Assembly: GCA_944387335.1 (NCBI GenBank)
Contig: CALXEM010000069.1
Coordinates: 9,961 to 73,960 of the forward strand
Reading direction: 5' to 3'
DNA from: an uncultured Clostridia bacterium
GTDB lineage: Bacteria > Bacillota > Clostridia > Oscillospirales > Ruminococcaceae
DNA length: 64,000 nucleotides
Shown: in pieces, positions 45,755 through 55,327 of the stretch
Layout of the letters: each line of letters starts with the position of its first letter
Numbering within the stretch: position 1 is the stretch's first letter
Translations under genes and position numbers: made by a program
The notes under the pieces: generated by a model
What the model was told of the DNA's origin: nothing
What the model saw: the letters and a program-made list of their open reading frames with translations, nothing else
Database searches by the model: none

Positions 45755-46588
45755 TTAAATTTCGCTTTGAGTTAAATTTTCTATATCTATCTGCTCTATA
45801 CAGCCTGAAATGTCCTCGCCAAGGAAGATGTGAGCAGTGCTCTCAAAGCCTGACGGTGTATCGCTTACATAAAAATGTATATTTGCCGTTTCAGAGCTTT
45901 CGCCGTTTAACATACCGTTTGCGGTAAGGTAGCTCTGAACATAGTGAGCTGTTTCCTTGCCGGGGTCTATAAGCACTGCCGAGTAGTCCATAATTTCATT
46001 GATTATATCGTATATGAGCGGATAATGAGTACAGCCTAAAATGAGTGTATCTACCTTTTCGTCTTTTATTATTTTAAGGTACATTTTGGCTGTAAGAGAT
46101 GTTATCTCGTTGTCCTTTTCTATCATGCCGTTTTCTACAAGCGGAACAAATAGCGGGCAGTCCTTGCCAACTACACGGAATGTAGGGTTGATTGCGTGTA
46201 TGGCTTTGCCGTATGCACCGCTTCTTATAGTTGCGGTTGTGCCTATTACACCGATTGTACCGCTCTGGCTGAGCGATGCGGCAGACTGTGCCGCAGGCTG
46301 AATAACACCGGTAATCGGAATATCTATTTTAGATGTAAGCTCCTTTGTGAGCACTGAGCTTGCAGTACCGCAGGCGACAACTATCATTTTGACATCCTTG
46401 CTCTTTAAAAAGGCTATGTCCTGCATAGTGTATCGGGTTATAGTCGAGCGGCTTCTGGTACCGTACGGCACTCTGCCGGTGTCGCCGAAATAGACTATAT
46501 TTTCGTTAGGCAGGATTTTTCTGAGTTCACGGACAACGGTAAGTCCGCCCAGTCCTGAGTCAAATACACCGATAGGTCTGTTATCCAT
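45755..46588 (-). CDS. murI: Glutamate racemase
   Basis: Motifs GVFDSGLGGLTV, VVACGTAS and LGCTHYPL. Confidence 0.95.
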   Translation of the reverse strand: MDNRPIGVFDSGLGGLTVVRELRKILPNENIVYFGDTGRVPYGTRSRSTITRYTMQDIAFLKSKDVKMIVVACGTASSVLTKELTSKIDIPITGVIQPAAQSAASLSQSGTIGVIGTTATIRSGAYGKAIHAINPTFRVVGKDCPLFVPLVENGMIEKDNEITSLTAKMYLKIIKDEKVDTLILGCTHYPLIYDIINEIMDYSAVLIDPGKETAHYVQSYLTANGMLNGESSETANIHFYVSDTPSGFESTAHIFLGEDISGCIEQIDIENLTQSEI

Positions 46589-46626
46589 ATTTGTGACCTC
46601 CGTTTCAAGCGCATGTATGAGTTTTA

Positions 46627-47688
46627 TTATCTGTTAAAGGCAAGCTCTATGAGTTTATCGAGCAGTTCGGAATATGTCATGCCTGTGTTCTGCATAAGCT
46701 TTGGATACATGCTGATATTTGTAAAGCCCGGAAGAGTGTTTATCTCGTTTAAGATTACATCATTCTCTGTAACAAAGAAATCAACTCTTGAAAGACCGGT
46801 ACAGCCTATTGCGGAATATGCCTTTACAGCTGTCTGTCTTACTTTTTCCTCCTGCTCATCTGTTATTCTTGCAGGTGTATATAATTTAGATGTGTTGTTT
46901 ATATATTTTGAGTCGTAGTCGTAAAAACCGTCGCAGGATACAATTTCACCTGTGTGAGAGGCAGTGGGGAAGACATTTCCCATAACAGCGCACTCGACCT
47001 CCTGACCGACGATTGTCTCCTCAACGATTACCTTTTTATCGTGCTCAAAAGCAAGCTCAAGCGCTTTTAAAAGCTCAGCTTTATTTTTAGCAGGGCTTAC
47101 ACCGACGGAGGAACCTGCGTTTGCAGGCTTTACATATACAGGATAGCTTATGCAGTCTGTTATTTTCTTTTCAACTGCGTCAAAGTCGGACATCTCATAG
47201 CTGCGTACTGATATAAATTTAGCCATTTTAACGCCTGCTCTTTCCAGCACTATGTGAGTTATCTCCTTGTCCATGCAGTCAGCGCTTGCAATAACGCCGC
47301 AACCTACGTATGGTATTTTGGCAAGCTCAAAGAGTCCCTGAACAGTACCGTCCTCACCGTTTTTACCGTGAAGTACCGGGAAAACTGCATCTATCGGTAC
47401 AACCTTTACACTGTCGGAAAATACTATAAGTCCATGGTGAGTAGGGTCTGGTGACAGAACAGCGTGAGTACAGTGCTCGCAGTCCTGTTCCCATTCGCCG
47501 CCTTTTATGTTGTCAATATCTCCGCTATATAAAAACCATTCACCCTGTTTTGTAATACCAACAGGTATAACGTCATATTTTTCTCTGTCTAAATTCTTTA
47601 AAATTGAGGTTACGGACATTCTTGAAACCTCGTGCTCGCTAGAAGCTCCGCCAAACAGCACAGCCAGTTTAATTTTTTTATCGGACAT
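46627..47688 (-). CDS. ddl: D-alanine--D-alanine ligase
   Basis: Motifs LAVLFGGASSEHEVS, HGKNGEDGTVQGL, KPANAGSSVGV and EINTLPGFTNISMYPKL. Confidence 0.93.
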   Translation of the reverse strand: MSDKKIKLAVLFGGASSEHEVSRMSVTSILKNLDREKYDVIPVGITKQGEWFLYSGDIDNIKGGEWEQDCEHCTHAVLSPDPTHHGLIVFSDSVKVVPIDAVFPVLHGKNGEDGTVQGLFELAKIPYVGCGVIASADCMDKEITHIVLERAGVKMAKFISVRSYEMSDFDAVEKKITDCISYPVYVKPANAGSSVGVSPAKNKAELLKALELAFEHDKKVIVEETIVGQEVECAVMGNVFPTASHTGEIVSCDGFYDYDSKYINNTSKLYTPARITDEQEEKVRQTAVKAYSAIGCTGLSRVDFFVTENDVILNEINTLPGFTNISMYPKLMQNTGMTYSELLDKLIELAFNR

Positions 47689-47881
47689 TTTAAAAAGTCA
47701 CGCCTTTCAAAATATATTTTATAAGTATATATTCTACATATTATTATAATCTTATCTATTTTATCACACATATAAGTAAACGGTCAAACAAAAAGAGGCG
47801 TAAACAGGGTGTTGCAAATATATTTTATATATGCGACAATATGCCTGTAAAAACTTTACCTTTAAAAGTGAGATGATTTAG

Positions 47882-48379
47882 GTGTCAGTATATTCAGAGC
47901 ATAAAGTTTTGTTGAGAGAGCTTACAAAAGATGATGTAAAAAATGTGTTTGCGATTACAAGCGATACTGTCAGCGGTAAATTTATGCGTTACGGCGCGCA
48001 GACGGATATTTCTCAGGCATCACAGCTTATAGAAAAATACTCAAAAAAGCCGAATATGGCTTTTGCCGTCGAAGATGGATTGAGCGGCGATTTTTTGGGA
48101 TATATAGGTCTTGACTTTGACGGCGACGGAGTTTTTTCAATGAGCATGATGATGGGCGATAAGTCAAGGGGAAAGGGAATAGGCACAGTTGTTATATCAA
48201 AGATAAAGGAAATGGCGGACAGAAACGAAAACGGTATAAAAAAACTCACAGCGCATGTTGTGGGAGATAACACAGCCTCACGCAGAATGCTTGAAAAGAA
48301 CGGCTTTTTGGTGCGCGAAAAACTTGTCTTTGACGATTTACCGCAGGGTTTGTATGTTTACGAATATCCGAATAAATAA
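47882..48379 (+). CDS. GNAT family N-acetyltransferase (RimJ/RimL-like)
   Basis: Motifs RGKGIGTVVISKIKEMA and NTASRRMLEKNGF. GTG start, and the start is uncertain. Confidence 0.75.
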   Translation: MSVYSEHKVLLRELTKDDVKNVFAITSDTVSGKFMRYGAQTDISQASQLIEKYSKKPNMAFAVEDGLSGDFLGYIGLDFDGDGVFSMSMMMGDKSRGKGIGTVVISKIKEMADRNENGIKKLTAHVVGDNTASRRMLEKNGFLVREKLVFDDLPQGLYVYEYPNK

Positions 48380-48416
48380 AAACAGAGTAAAGCGTATGCT
48401 TTACTCTGTTTTTTTA
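48378..48416. terminator. Bidirectional terminator (GNAT gene / thrS)
   Basis: aaaa-acagagtaaagc-gtat-gctttactctgt-tttttt. Confidence 0.85.
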
Positions 48417-48426
48417 TAAAATTTAC

Positions 48427-50361
48427 TTATCTTGCTTTAGTATTTATCTCCTCAACAGCTGCGGCAATGAAGTCAGCAATGCTCATTGAACCTTTGTCGC
48501 CGTCTTTTCTGGAGCGTACGGAAACAGTTGAGCTCTCGATTTCCTTATCGCCAGCAAGCAGCATGTAAGGAACTTTCTCGAGTTGAGCCTCACGGATTTT
48601 GTAGCCAATCTTCTCGCTTCTGTCGTCGATTTCGCAGCGGATACCGTTTTTCTCAAGCTCGCGCTTTATGTCGTACATGTAGTCGATGTGTCTGTCAGCG
48701 ATCGGGAGAAGTTTTACCTGAACAGGTGCGAGCCACATTGGAAATGCGCCTGCGTATTTCTCGATGAGAAGAGCAAGTGTTCTCTCGTAGCAGCCGATAG
48801 ATGTTCTGTGAATGATGTACGGGTTTTTCTTTGTGCCGTCTTTGTCTGTATACTCCATTCCGAATTTTTCGGCGAGCATCTGGTCTATCTGGATAGTGAT
48901 GAGTGTATCCTCTTTACCGTGTACATTCTTTATCTGAATGTCGAGCTTAGGACCATAGAAAGCAGCCTCACCCACGCCGATAGCGTAAGGAATTTCGAGG
49001 TGGTCAAGGATTTTCTTCATGATACCCTGAGCCTCGTCCCACTGCTCGTCTGTTCCGATATATTTTTCTTTATCGTTCGGGTCCCACTGAGAGAAGCGGT
49101 AGGATACGTCCTCATAGAGTCCGAGAGTTTTGAGCATGAATATTGCAAGCTCAAGACAGCCTCTGAACTCGTCCTCGAGCTGCTCAGGTGTACACATGAG
49201 ATGACCTTCGGAGATTGTAAACTGTCTTACGCGGATAAGACCGTGCATCTCGCCGGAAGCTTCGTTTCTGAAGAGTGTAGATGTCTCGTTGTAGCGCAGC
49301 GGCAGATCACGGTAGGAGCGGGCTCTGTTCAGATATGCCTGATACTGGAACGGACAAGTCATCGGACGAAGTGCAAATACCTCTTTGTCCTTTTCCTCGT
49401 CGCCCATTACGAACATGCCGTCCTGATAGTGATCCCAGTGACCTGAGATTTTATAGAGGTCGGATTTTGCCATATAAGGTGTCTTTGTGAGAAGCCAGCC
49501 GCGTTTCTGCTCCTCGTCCTCAACAAAGCGCTGGAGAGTCTGGATGATTCTTGCGCCCTTCGGCAGGATGATAGGAAGTCCCTGACCGATAAGCTCAGAT
49601 GTTGTAAAGAGCTCGAGCTCACGTCCGAGTTTGTTGTGGTCGCGCTTTTTAGCCTCCTCGAGTTTTGCAAGGTGCTCCTCAAGCATGGAAGCTTTCGGGA
49701 AAGCTGTACCGTATACACGGCAGAGCATTCTGTTGTTGGAGTCGCCTCTCCAGTATGCGCCTGTGCAGGAAGTGAGCTTAAATGCTTTTATGCGGGAAAC
49801 GTCAGGGAGGTGAGGACCTGCACAGAGGTCTGTGAAATCGCCCTGTTTAAAGAAGCTTATAGGCTCGCCTTTAGAGCTGTGTTCTTTTATGAGCTCCTGC
49901 TTATATGGCTCGTTTTCCATGAGCTTGAGTGCGTCCTCAGGGGAGAGCTCGAATTTCTCAAGTTCAAGACCTGATTTTACGATTTTCTTCATTTCAGCCT
50001 CAATTTTATCGAGGTCTTCCTGAGAAAATGGTTTTTCCACGTCAAAGTCATAGTAGAAGCCGTTGTCGATAGCAGGGCCTATCGCGAGCTTTGCGTTAGG
50101 ATACAGGTGCTTTACAGCCTGAGCCAAAACGTGAGAAGCTGTGTGCCAGAATGTCTTTTTGCCCTCAGCATCATCAAATGTGAGCAATGTGAGAGCGCAG
50201 TCGTTTTCGATAGGTGTTCTGATATCGACAACCTTATCGTCTATCATAGCACAGCATACAGCCTTATAAAGGCCTGCGCCGAGGTCTTTCGCAATCTGTG
50301 CAGCTGTTGTATTTTTCTCATATTCCTTTACAACGCCGCCTTTTAAAGTAACCTTTAACAT
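48427..50361 (-). CDS. thrS: Threonine--tRNA ligase
   Basis: TGS domain N-terminus, editing-domain HTASHVLAQAV, class II core motifs (FRNEASGEMHGLIRVRQFT, GEAAFYGPKLD) and a C-terminal anticodon-binding domain. Confidence 0.97.
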   Translation of the reverse strand: MLKVTLKGGVVKEYEKNTTAAQIAKDLGAGLYKAVCCAMIDDKVVDIRTPIENDCALTLLTFDDAEGKKTFWHTASHVLAQAVKHLYPNAKLAIGPAIDNGFYYDFDVEKPFSQEDLDKIEAEMKKIVKSGLELEKFELSPEDALKLMENEPYKQELIKEHSSKGEPISFFKQGDFTDLCAGPHLPDVSRIKAFKLTSCTGAYWRGDSNNRMLCRVYGTAFPKASMLEEHLAKLEEAKKRDHNKLGRELELFTTSELIGQGLPIILPKGARIIQTLQRFVEDEEQKRGWLLTKTPYMAKSDLYKISGHWDHYQDGMFVMGDEEKDKEVFALRPMTCPFQYQAYLNRARSYRDLPLRYNETSTLFRNEASGEMHGLIRVRQFTISEGHLMCTPEQLEDEFRGCLELAIFMLKTLGLYEDVSYRFSQWDPNDKEKYIGTDEQWDEAQGIMKKILDHLEIPYAIGVGEAAFYGPKLDIQIKNVHGKEDTLITIQIDQMLAEKFGMEYTDKDGTKKNPYIIHRTSIGCYERTLALLIEKYAGAFPMWLAPVQVKLLPIADRHIDYMYDIKRELEKNGIRCEIDDRSEKIGYKIREAQLEKVPYMLLAGDKEIESSTVSVRSRKDGDKGSMSIADFIAAAVEEINTKAR

Positions 50362-50404
50362 TGGTTAAACACTCCTTTTCTTTATTTTTATAAATTTTTA
50401 AGTT

Positions 50405-50690
50405 GGCAAATAAAATAAAAAAGACTTCGTCCCAGTAAAATGGGATGAAGTCTTAAAAAACAAACTCCACGGTTCCACCCGTATTGCAAGGATAAAAATC
50501 CTTACCGCTTTAGTTTAAAGCTTGTAACGCAGCTTTATGCGGCGCAGTCGCCGAAACTGACTTGTGCGCTCTCAAAGGATGGTATTCTGAATTAAGACTA
50601 ATGCTCTTGCTTTCAGCCGGTGACAAAAGCTCTCTGAAAAAGCCGTTTTTAAAACAGACGTTCCTTATCATAGATTTAAAATATACTTGT
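50405..50690 (-). promoter_or_regulatory. T-box leader (Thr specifier ACC) controlling thrS
   Basis: On the minus strand: an AGAGA box, then a specifier loop ...gtcACCggctgaaag (ACC at 50629-50631), the T-box sequence gggtggaaccgtggag (50465-50480), and a terminator aagacttcatccca-tttta-ctgggacgaagtctttttt (50416-50455). Confidence 0.85.
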
Positions 50691-50698
50691 TTGATATA

Positions 50699-50727
50699 AT
50701 ACTAGCACCGCATTTTGTGTTTGTCAA
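50699..50727 (-). promoter_or_regulatory. Candidate promoter for the thrS T-box leader
   Basis: On the minus strand: TTGACA (50722-50727), 17-nt spacer, TAGTAT (50699-50704). Confidence 0.5.
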
Positions 50728-50763
50728 TATATATATTAACAGCATATAAAAGGTACAATTTTC

Positions 50764-50792
50764 TTGACATCACGGCGATAGCACTATAAAAT
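50764..50792 (+). promoter_or_regulatory. Candidate SigA promoter ~370 nt upstream of rny
   Basis: TTGACA (50764-50769), 17-nt spacer, TAAAAT (50787-50792). Confidence 0.5.
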
Positions 50793-51038
50793 AAAAGTAG
50801 TGTGCTGCTGGCACGTTTATGAAACACGGATGATGATTTTCAGTGATTCCGCTTTATGCTTTTGTTTTATATATGAATTTTTATATATGCAACATATGCA
50901 ACCGGTAATTTCATTTAATATGATATATTACAGATAAGGGTATAAAAAACATTGTTAAATCAAAAATATGGGATTCTGTGCGCTTTTTGCGGCAGAATTA
51001 TCGGTATTATATGAAAACATAAAACGTAGATTCGGCGG

Positions 51039-51071
51039 CCGCGGCGGTTTATAATACTGCTGCGGATTTTT
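51039..51071 (+). terminator. Terminator/attenuator-like hairpin within the rny upstream region
   Basis: ccgcggcgg-tttataata-ctgctgcgg (9 bp including 2 G-U pairs) followed by atttttg. Confidence 0.4.
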
Positions 51072-51165
51072 GTTTGTATACAGCCGCTTTTTATGCCGCA
51101 GGCACGTTTTGATGAAATTAAAATTATGATGAAAATTTATTAAAAAGGAGGGTGTGTATTAAGCT

Positions 51166-52731
51166 ATGTCAATACCACAAGTTGTAATTATTTGCATTGT
51201 TGTAGCTGTTGTATGTCTTGCTGTAGCCGGCGCAGTAGCGTTTAAGCTTGGTATATCGTACCGCAAGCGCATTGCTGAAGCAGAGATAGGATCTGCCGAG
51301 GATGAGGCGAAAAAAATAGTTTCGGATGCTATAAAGGCTGCTGACAGTCAGAAAAAAGAGGCGCTTATTGAAGCTAAAGATGAAATACACCGTTTGAGAA
51401 CAGAGACTGAAAAGGACCTTAAGGACCGCAGAATGGAGGTTCAGCGTCAGGAAAGACGTATTCAGCAAAAAGAGGAGACTCTCGACAGAAAGATAGACAA
51501 TGTTGAGAAAAAGGACGAGATAGTTCAGAATAAACTCAAGGAAGCAGAGAGTAAATTGGCCGAGGCGGAGACAATAAAGAAAAGTCAGTTTGATATGCTC
51601 GAGAAAATATCAGGACTTACCGCTGAACAGGCAAAGGAAACGCTTCTTCAAAATCTTGAAAACGAACTTGTACACGAGAAAGCTTTAAAGATAACTCAGT
51701 ATGAGCAGCAGATAAAGGACGAGTGCGACGGACGCGCAAGAGAGATTATATCGCTTGCAATTCAGCGCTGTGCCGCAGACCATGTAAGTGAGGCTACTGT
51801 TTCGGTAGTTCCGCTGCCAAATGATGAGATGAAGGGACGCATTATAGGACGAGAGGGAAGAAATATCAGAACTCTTGAAACACTTACAGGCGTTGACCTC
51901 ATAATCGACGATACCCCAGAGGCAATAACTCTTTCAAGCCATGACCCTGTACGCCGTGAGGTTGCAAGAATTGCTCTTGAAAGACTTATTCAGGACGGAA
52001 GAATCCACCCTGCACGCATTGAGGAAATGGTCGAGAAGGCTAAAAAAGAAGTTGACATGAAGATAAAGCAGGACGGAGAACGTGCCGTAATGCAGACAGG
52101 TATTCACGGAATACACCCGGAGCTTGTAAAACTGCTCGGACGTATGCGCTATCGTACAAGTTACGGTCAGAATGTGCTTGACCACTCACTTGAGGTAGCA
52201 CACATTGCCGGTATGATGGCGGCAGAGCTCGGAGTTGACGCTACACTTGCCAAACGTGCAGGACTTATTCACGATATCGGTAAGTCCATGACACATGAGG
52301 TTGAGGGTTCACACGTTGATATAGGCGTTGATATAGCAAAACGCTATAAGGAAGGTCCGGACGTTATCCACGCAATCGAGGCGCATCATGGTGACGTTGA
52401 GCCGAAGACAATTATTGCATGCCTTGTACAGGCTGCTGACGCTATTTCTGCAGCAAGACCTGGTGCAAGAAGAGAGAACATTGAGAGCTACATAAAGCGT
52501 CTTGAAAAACTTGAGGAGATTGCAAACTCCTATAACGGCGTTGAAAAATGCTATGCTATTCAGGCAGGCCGTGAGCTTAGAATTATGGTTAAGCCTGAGG
52601 TTGTAAATGATGAACAGACAGTGCTTATTGCCCGTGAGGTAGTAAAACAGATTGAAGCAGAAATGGACTATCCGGGACAGATAAAGGTACATGTTGTACG
52701 TGAAAGCCGTGCGATAGATTACGCAAAATAA
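51166..52731 (+). CDS. rny: Ribonuclease Y
   Basis: N-terminal TM helix, coiled coil, KH domain ([15 protein letters not shown]) and HD domain ([24 protein letters not shown]). Confidence 0.97.
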   Translation: MSIPQVVIICIVVAVVCLAVAGAVAFKLGISYRKRIAEAEIGSAEDEAKKIVSDAIKAADSQKKEALIEAKDEIHRLRTETEKDLKDRRMEVQRQERRIQQKEETLDRKIDNVEKKDEIVQNKLKEAESKLAEAETIKKSQFDMLEKISGLTAEQAKETLLQNLENELVHEKALKITQYEQQIKDECDGRAREIISLAIQRCAADHVSEATVSVVPLPNDEMKGRIIGREGRNIRTLETLTGVDLIIDDTPEAITLSSHDPVRREVARIALERLIQDGRIHPARIEEMVEKAKKEVDMKIKQDGERAVMQTGIHGIHPELVKLLGRMRYRTSYGQNVLDHSLEVAHIAGMMAAELGVDATLAKRAGLIHDIGKSMTHEVEGSHVDIGVDIAKRYKEGPDVIHAIEAHHGDVEPKTIIACLVQAADAISAARPGARRENIESYIKRLEKLEEIANSYNGVEKCYAIQAGRELRIMVKPEVVNDEQTVLIAREVVKQIEAEMDYPGQIKVHVVRESRAIDYAK

Positions 52732-52745
52732 ACCTGAATGAAAAT

Positions 52746-52789
52746 CGCCGCCCGTTTCGGTATTCCAGCCGTAAACGGACGGCGTTTTT
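52746..52789 (+). terminator. Rho-independent terminator-like hairpin after rny
   Basis: cgccgcccgttt ... aaacggacggcg followed by ttttt. Confidence 0.7.
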
Positions 52790-52818
52790 GACTGTAAGAG
52801 TAAAAAGAGGTGTTTATT

Positions 52819-53445
52819 ATGGATTTAAAGAGAATAAAGGATAAAAAACTGTATTTCTGCGACAGCGAAGAATGGGTACATGAACAGCTTTTATGTATGG
52901 AAAAGCTGTATGACTACAACATGAGCCGTCCGCTTGAGCAGGAAAAGCGCGCGCAGATGTTAAAAGATTTTTTCGGCGGAATAGGCAAAAACCTGTACAT
53001 TGAGCCGCCGCTTCACGCCAACTGGGGCAGAAACACGTATTGGGGTGACAACTGCTACGCCAATTTTAATCTGACGCTTGTGGACGACGGCGATGTAATA
53101 ATCGGCAACAATGTGCTGATTGCTCCGAATGTGGTGATAACTACAACAGGTCATCCGATAGAGCCTAATCTGAGAAAAAGACTTGCACAGTACTCTGTTG
53201 CGGTCATAATAGAGGACAATGTATGGATAGGAGCGGGCGCAATTATAATGCCGGGCGTTACAATAGGAGAGAACAGCGTTATCGGTGCAGGAAGCATAGT
53301 TACAAAGAGTATACCGAAAAATGTTATAGCTGTGGGAAATCCGTGCCGTGTACTGCGTGAAATTTCTCAAAGAGACAGGGAATACTATTATAAAGACATG
53401 AAGATAGATGTTGAAATCGAAATTGATGAAGGGACTGCTGAGTAA
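52819..53445 (+). CDS. maa: Sugar O-acetyltransferase (maltose/galactoside O-acetyltransferase family, left-handed beta-helix)
   Basis: Mac-type N-terminus (KLYDYNMSRP...KDFFG) and hexapeptide repeats (IGNNVLIAPNVVI, IEDNVWIGAGAIIMPGVTIGENSVIGAGSIV). The ATG at 52819 follows AGAGGTG. Confidence 0.88.
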   Translation: MDLKRIKDKKLYFCDSEEWVHEQLLCMEKLYDYNMSRPLEQEKRAQMLKDFFGGIGKNLYIEPPLHANWGRNTYWGDNCYANFNLTLVDDGDVIIGNNVLIAPNVVITTTGHPIEPNLRKRLAQYSVAVIIEDNVWIGAGAIIMPGVTIGENSVIGAGSIVTKSIPKNVIAVGNPCRVLREISQRDREYYYKDMKIDVEIEIDEGTAE

Positions 53446-54218
53446 TGAGGATACTTGCAATAGGCGACGTGGTAGGTCAGGCAGGCTGTGAATATTTAAG
53501 AAAGGCATTGCCCAAGCTTAAAAGGGAATACAACGCTGACCTGACAATAGTAAACGGCGAAAACTCCGCGGAGGGAAACGGCATCACGCCGTATTCTGCG
53601 GACTATATATTTGACAGCGGCGCTGATGTAATAACTACCGGAAACCACGGTCTGCGCCGACGCGAGATATTCGATATGCTCGACAGAAATATCGGGCTTA
53701 TAAGACCTGCTAATTTTCACAGTGAGTCACCCGGCTTCGGATATTATATATACGACCTTGTCAGATTTAAGGTGTGTGTTGTAAACCTGTGCGGCGCTGT
53801 GTATATTGAGGGTGCGGACAATCCGTTTGACTGCATTGACAGAATACTCAAAAAAGAACAGTGCAATATAGTTATAGTTGATTTTCACGCTGAGGCAACA
53901 GCTGAAAAGAGGGCTATGGCGTATTATCTGGACGGCAGGGCAAGCCTTTTGTTCGGTACGCACACTCACGTTCAGACCGCTGACGAGTGCATTTTTGACA
54001 ACGGACTCGGCTACATTACAGATTTGGGAATGTGCGGTCCGGAGGAGTCTGTTTTGGGCGTAAAGCCTGAGCTTGCTTTAAAGAGATTGAGAACTCATCT
54101 ACCTGTAAAATTCGAAAACGCAAAGGGAAAATGCAGAATTTGCGGAATTGTTGCGGATATTGACGAGAATACAGGTAAAACTGTGAGGATTGAGCGCATC
54201 AATGTTGTAGAACATTGA
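53445..54218 (+). CDS. ymdB: YmdB-family metallophosphoesterase (2',3'-cyclic-nucleotide phosphodiesterase, TIGR00282-like)
   Basis: Starts MRILAIGDVVGQAG, with VNGENSAEGNGIT, DFHAEATAEK and GTHTHVQTADE. Its ATG overlaps the maa stop (taATG). Confidence 0.92.
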   Translation: MRILAIGDVVGQAGCEYLRKALPKLKREYNADLTIVNGENSAEGNGITPYSADYIFDSGADVITTGNHGLRRREIFDMLDRNIGLIRPANFHSESPGFGYYIYDLVRFKVCVVNLCGAVYIEGADNPFDCIDRILKKEQCNIVIVDFHAEATAEKRAMAYYLDGRASLLFGTHTHVQTADECIFDNGLGYITDLGMCGPEESVLGVKPELALKRLRTHLPVKFENAKGKCRICGIVADIDENTGKTVRIERINVVEH

Positions 54219-54318
54219 CAAATTATTTCTACAATACTTGATTTTTTTGTTGCAATAAGATATTATAATAATTACAAAGAATTCCATGTCAGAATTACAA
54301 ATCAGGGAGGTTGTAGAA

Positions 54319-54579
54319 ATGGAGATACTAAAAGTTTCGGCTAAATCTATTCCAAATTCCGTAGCAGGCGCTATTGCAGGTGTTATCAGAGAACATGGTG
54401 CTGTCGAGGTTCAGGCTGTCGGTGCCGGTGCTGCAAATCAGGCTATTAAGGCAGTTGCAATAGCAAGAGGTTATCTTGCTCCGACAGGCATAGATTTAGT
54501 GTGCGTTCCGGCGTTTGCCAATGTACAGATTGACAGTGAGGAGCGTACCGCTATAAAACTGATTGTTGAACACCGATAA
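54319..54579 (+). CDS. spoVS: Stage V sporulation protein S
   Basis: Starts MEILKVSAKSIPNSVAGAIAGVIREHGAVEVQAVGAGAANQAIKAVAIARGYL. The ATG at 54319 follows GGGAGG by 9 nt. Confidence 0.95.
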   Translation: MEILKVSAKSIPNSVAGAIAGVIREHGAVEVQAVGAGAANQAIKAVAIARGYLAPTGIDLVCVPAFANVQIDSEERTAIKLIVEHR

Positions 54580-54926
54580 TTTTTCGGTGTGAGGGTTCTG
54601 CATAGGTTAATGTGTGAGGTATCGTCTGCCGGCGGATAGCTGTTTATTCGCCGGTTCGGCGGTACTTTTGTAATTTTAGGGTTAAGTTAAATACATAATA
54701 TTTCTCTGCCGAGCGTATTTATTTAATAAATTTTAATGACATTTATGCTTTATAATTGATTTACGGTTAAAAAGTTGGTACAATAGATATACTATAAATG
54801 ATTTTACGGTATATATAAAATTACCGTAAATATATAACAGTATCTAAAATAACAGTATTCGAAATAACAATACATTAGATATTGCTGTTTTGTATATGCG
54901 TTTAAAAGATAAGGAGGGGTTGTTGC

Positions 54927-55280
54927 ATGATTAGACTGGAAAATCACCTGGGAGTTACAGAAATTTCCCACGACTATTTTGCGAACCTTATAGGTAAAGT
55001 ATCCTCGGAGTGTTTTGGAGTTTCCGGTATGATGGTTTCCTCCCCGGCACAGGGACTGCGCTCAATGCTGTTTAAAAAAGATGCAATGGATAAGGGCGTG
55101 CGTGTACGCAATATCGGAGGAAAGCTTATTGTTGACCTGCATATATCCGTTATGTACGGTGTAAATATTTCAGCTATTGTTAAGAGCATTGTAAACAAGG
55201 TTCGCTACACAATAGAGGAGGCAACAGGTCTTTCGGTTTCCAAAGTCAATGTATATGTTGACTCTATGAAAACTGAGTAG
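54927..55280 (+). CDS. Asp23/Gls24 family envelope stress response protein (YloU-like)
   Basis: 117 aa. Has the family pattern ...GVSGM...GVRV...V.LHI.V.YG.NI..I...I...V. AAGGAGGGG SD. Confidence 0.88.
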   Translation: MIRLENHLGVTEISHDYFANLIGKVSSECFGVSGMMVSSPAQGLRSMLFKKDAMDKGVRVRNIGGKLIVDLHISVMYGVNISAIVKSIVNKVRYTIEEATGLSVSKVNVYVDSMKTE

Positions 55281-55327
55281 CTTAATTTACCCGTAACTAA
55301 TGAGATAAAAAGGGAGTGTCAAATAAA

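Noticed and set aside
46627-47688. Possibility that the ddl gene is a vancomycin-resistance-type D-Ala-D-Lac/Ser ligase
   Set aside because: It is adjacent to murI in a housekeeping context. There are no vanH/vanX/vanR/vanS genes, so an ordinary Ddl is the parsimonious call. I did not inspect the omega-loop residues rigorously.
48583-49446. 287-aa plus-strand ORF, plus several smaller ones, antisense to thrS
   Set aside because: It lies entirely within a very well supported thrS CDS on the opposite strand. Its composition is Cys/Arg/Val-rich and junk-like, and it has no SD. This is a typical antisense shadow ORF.
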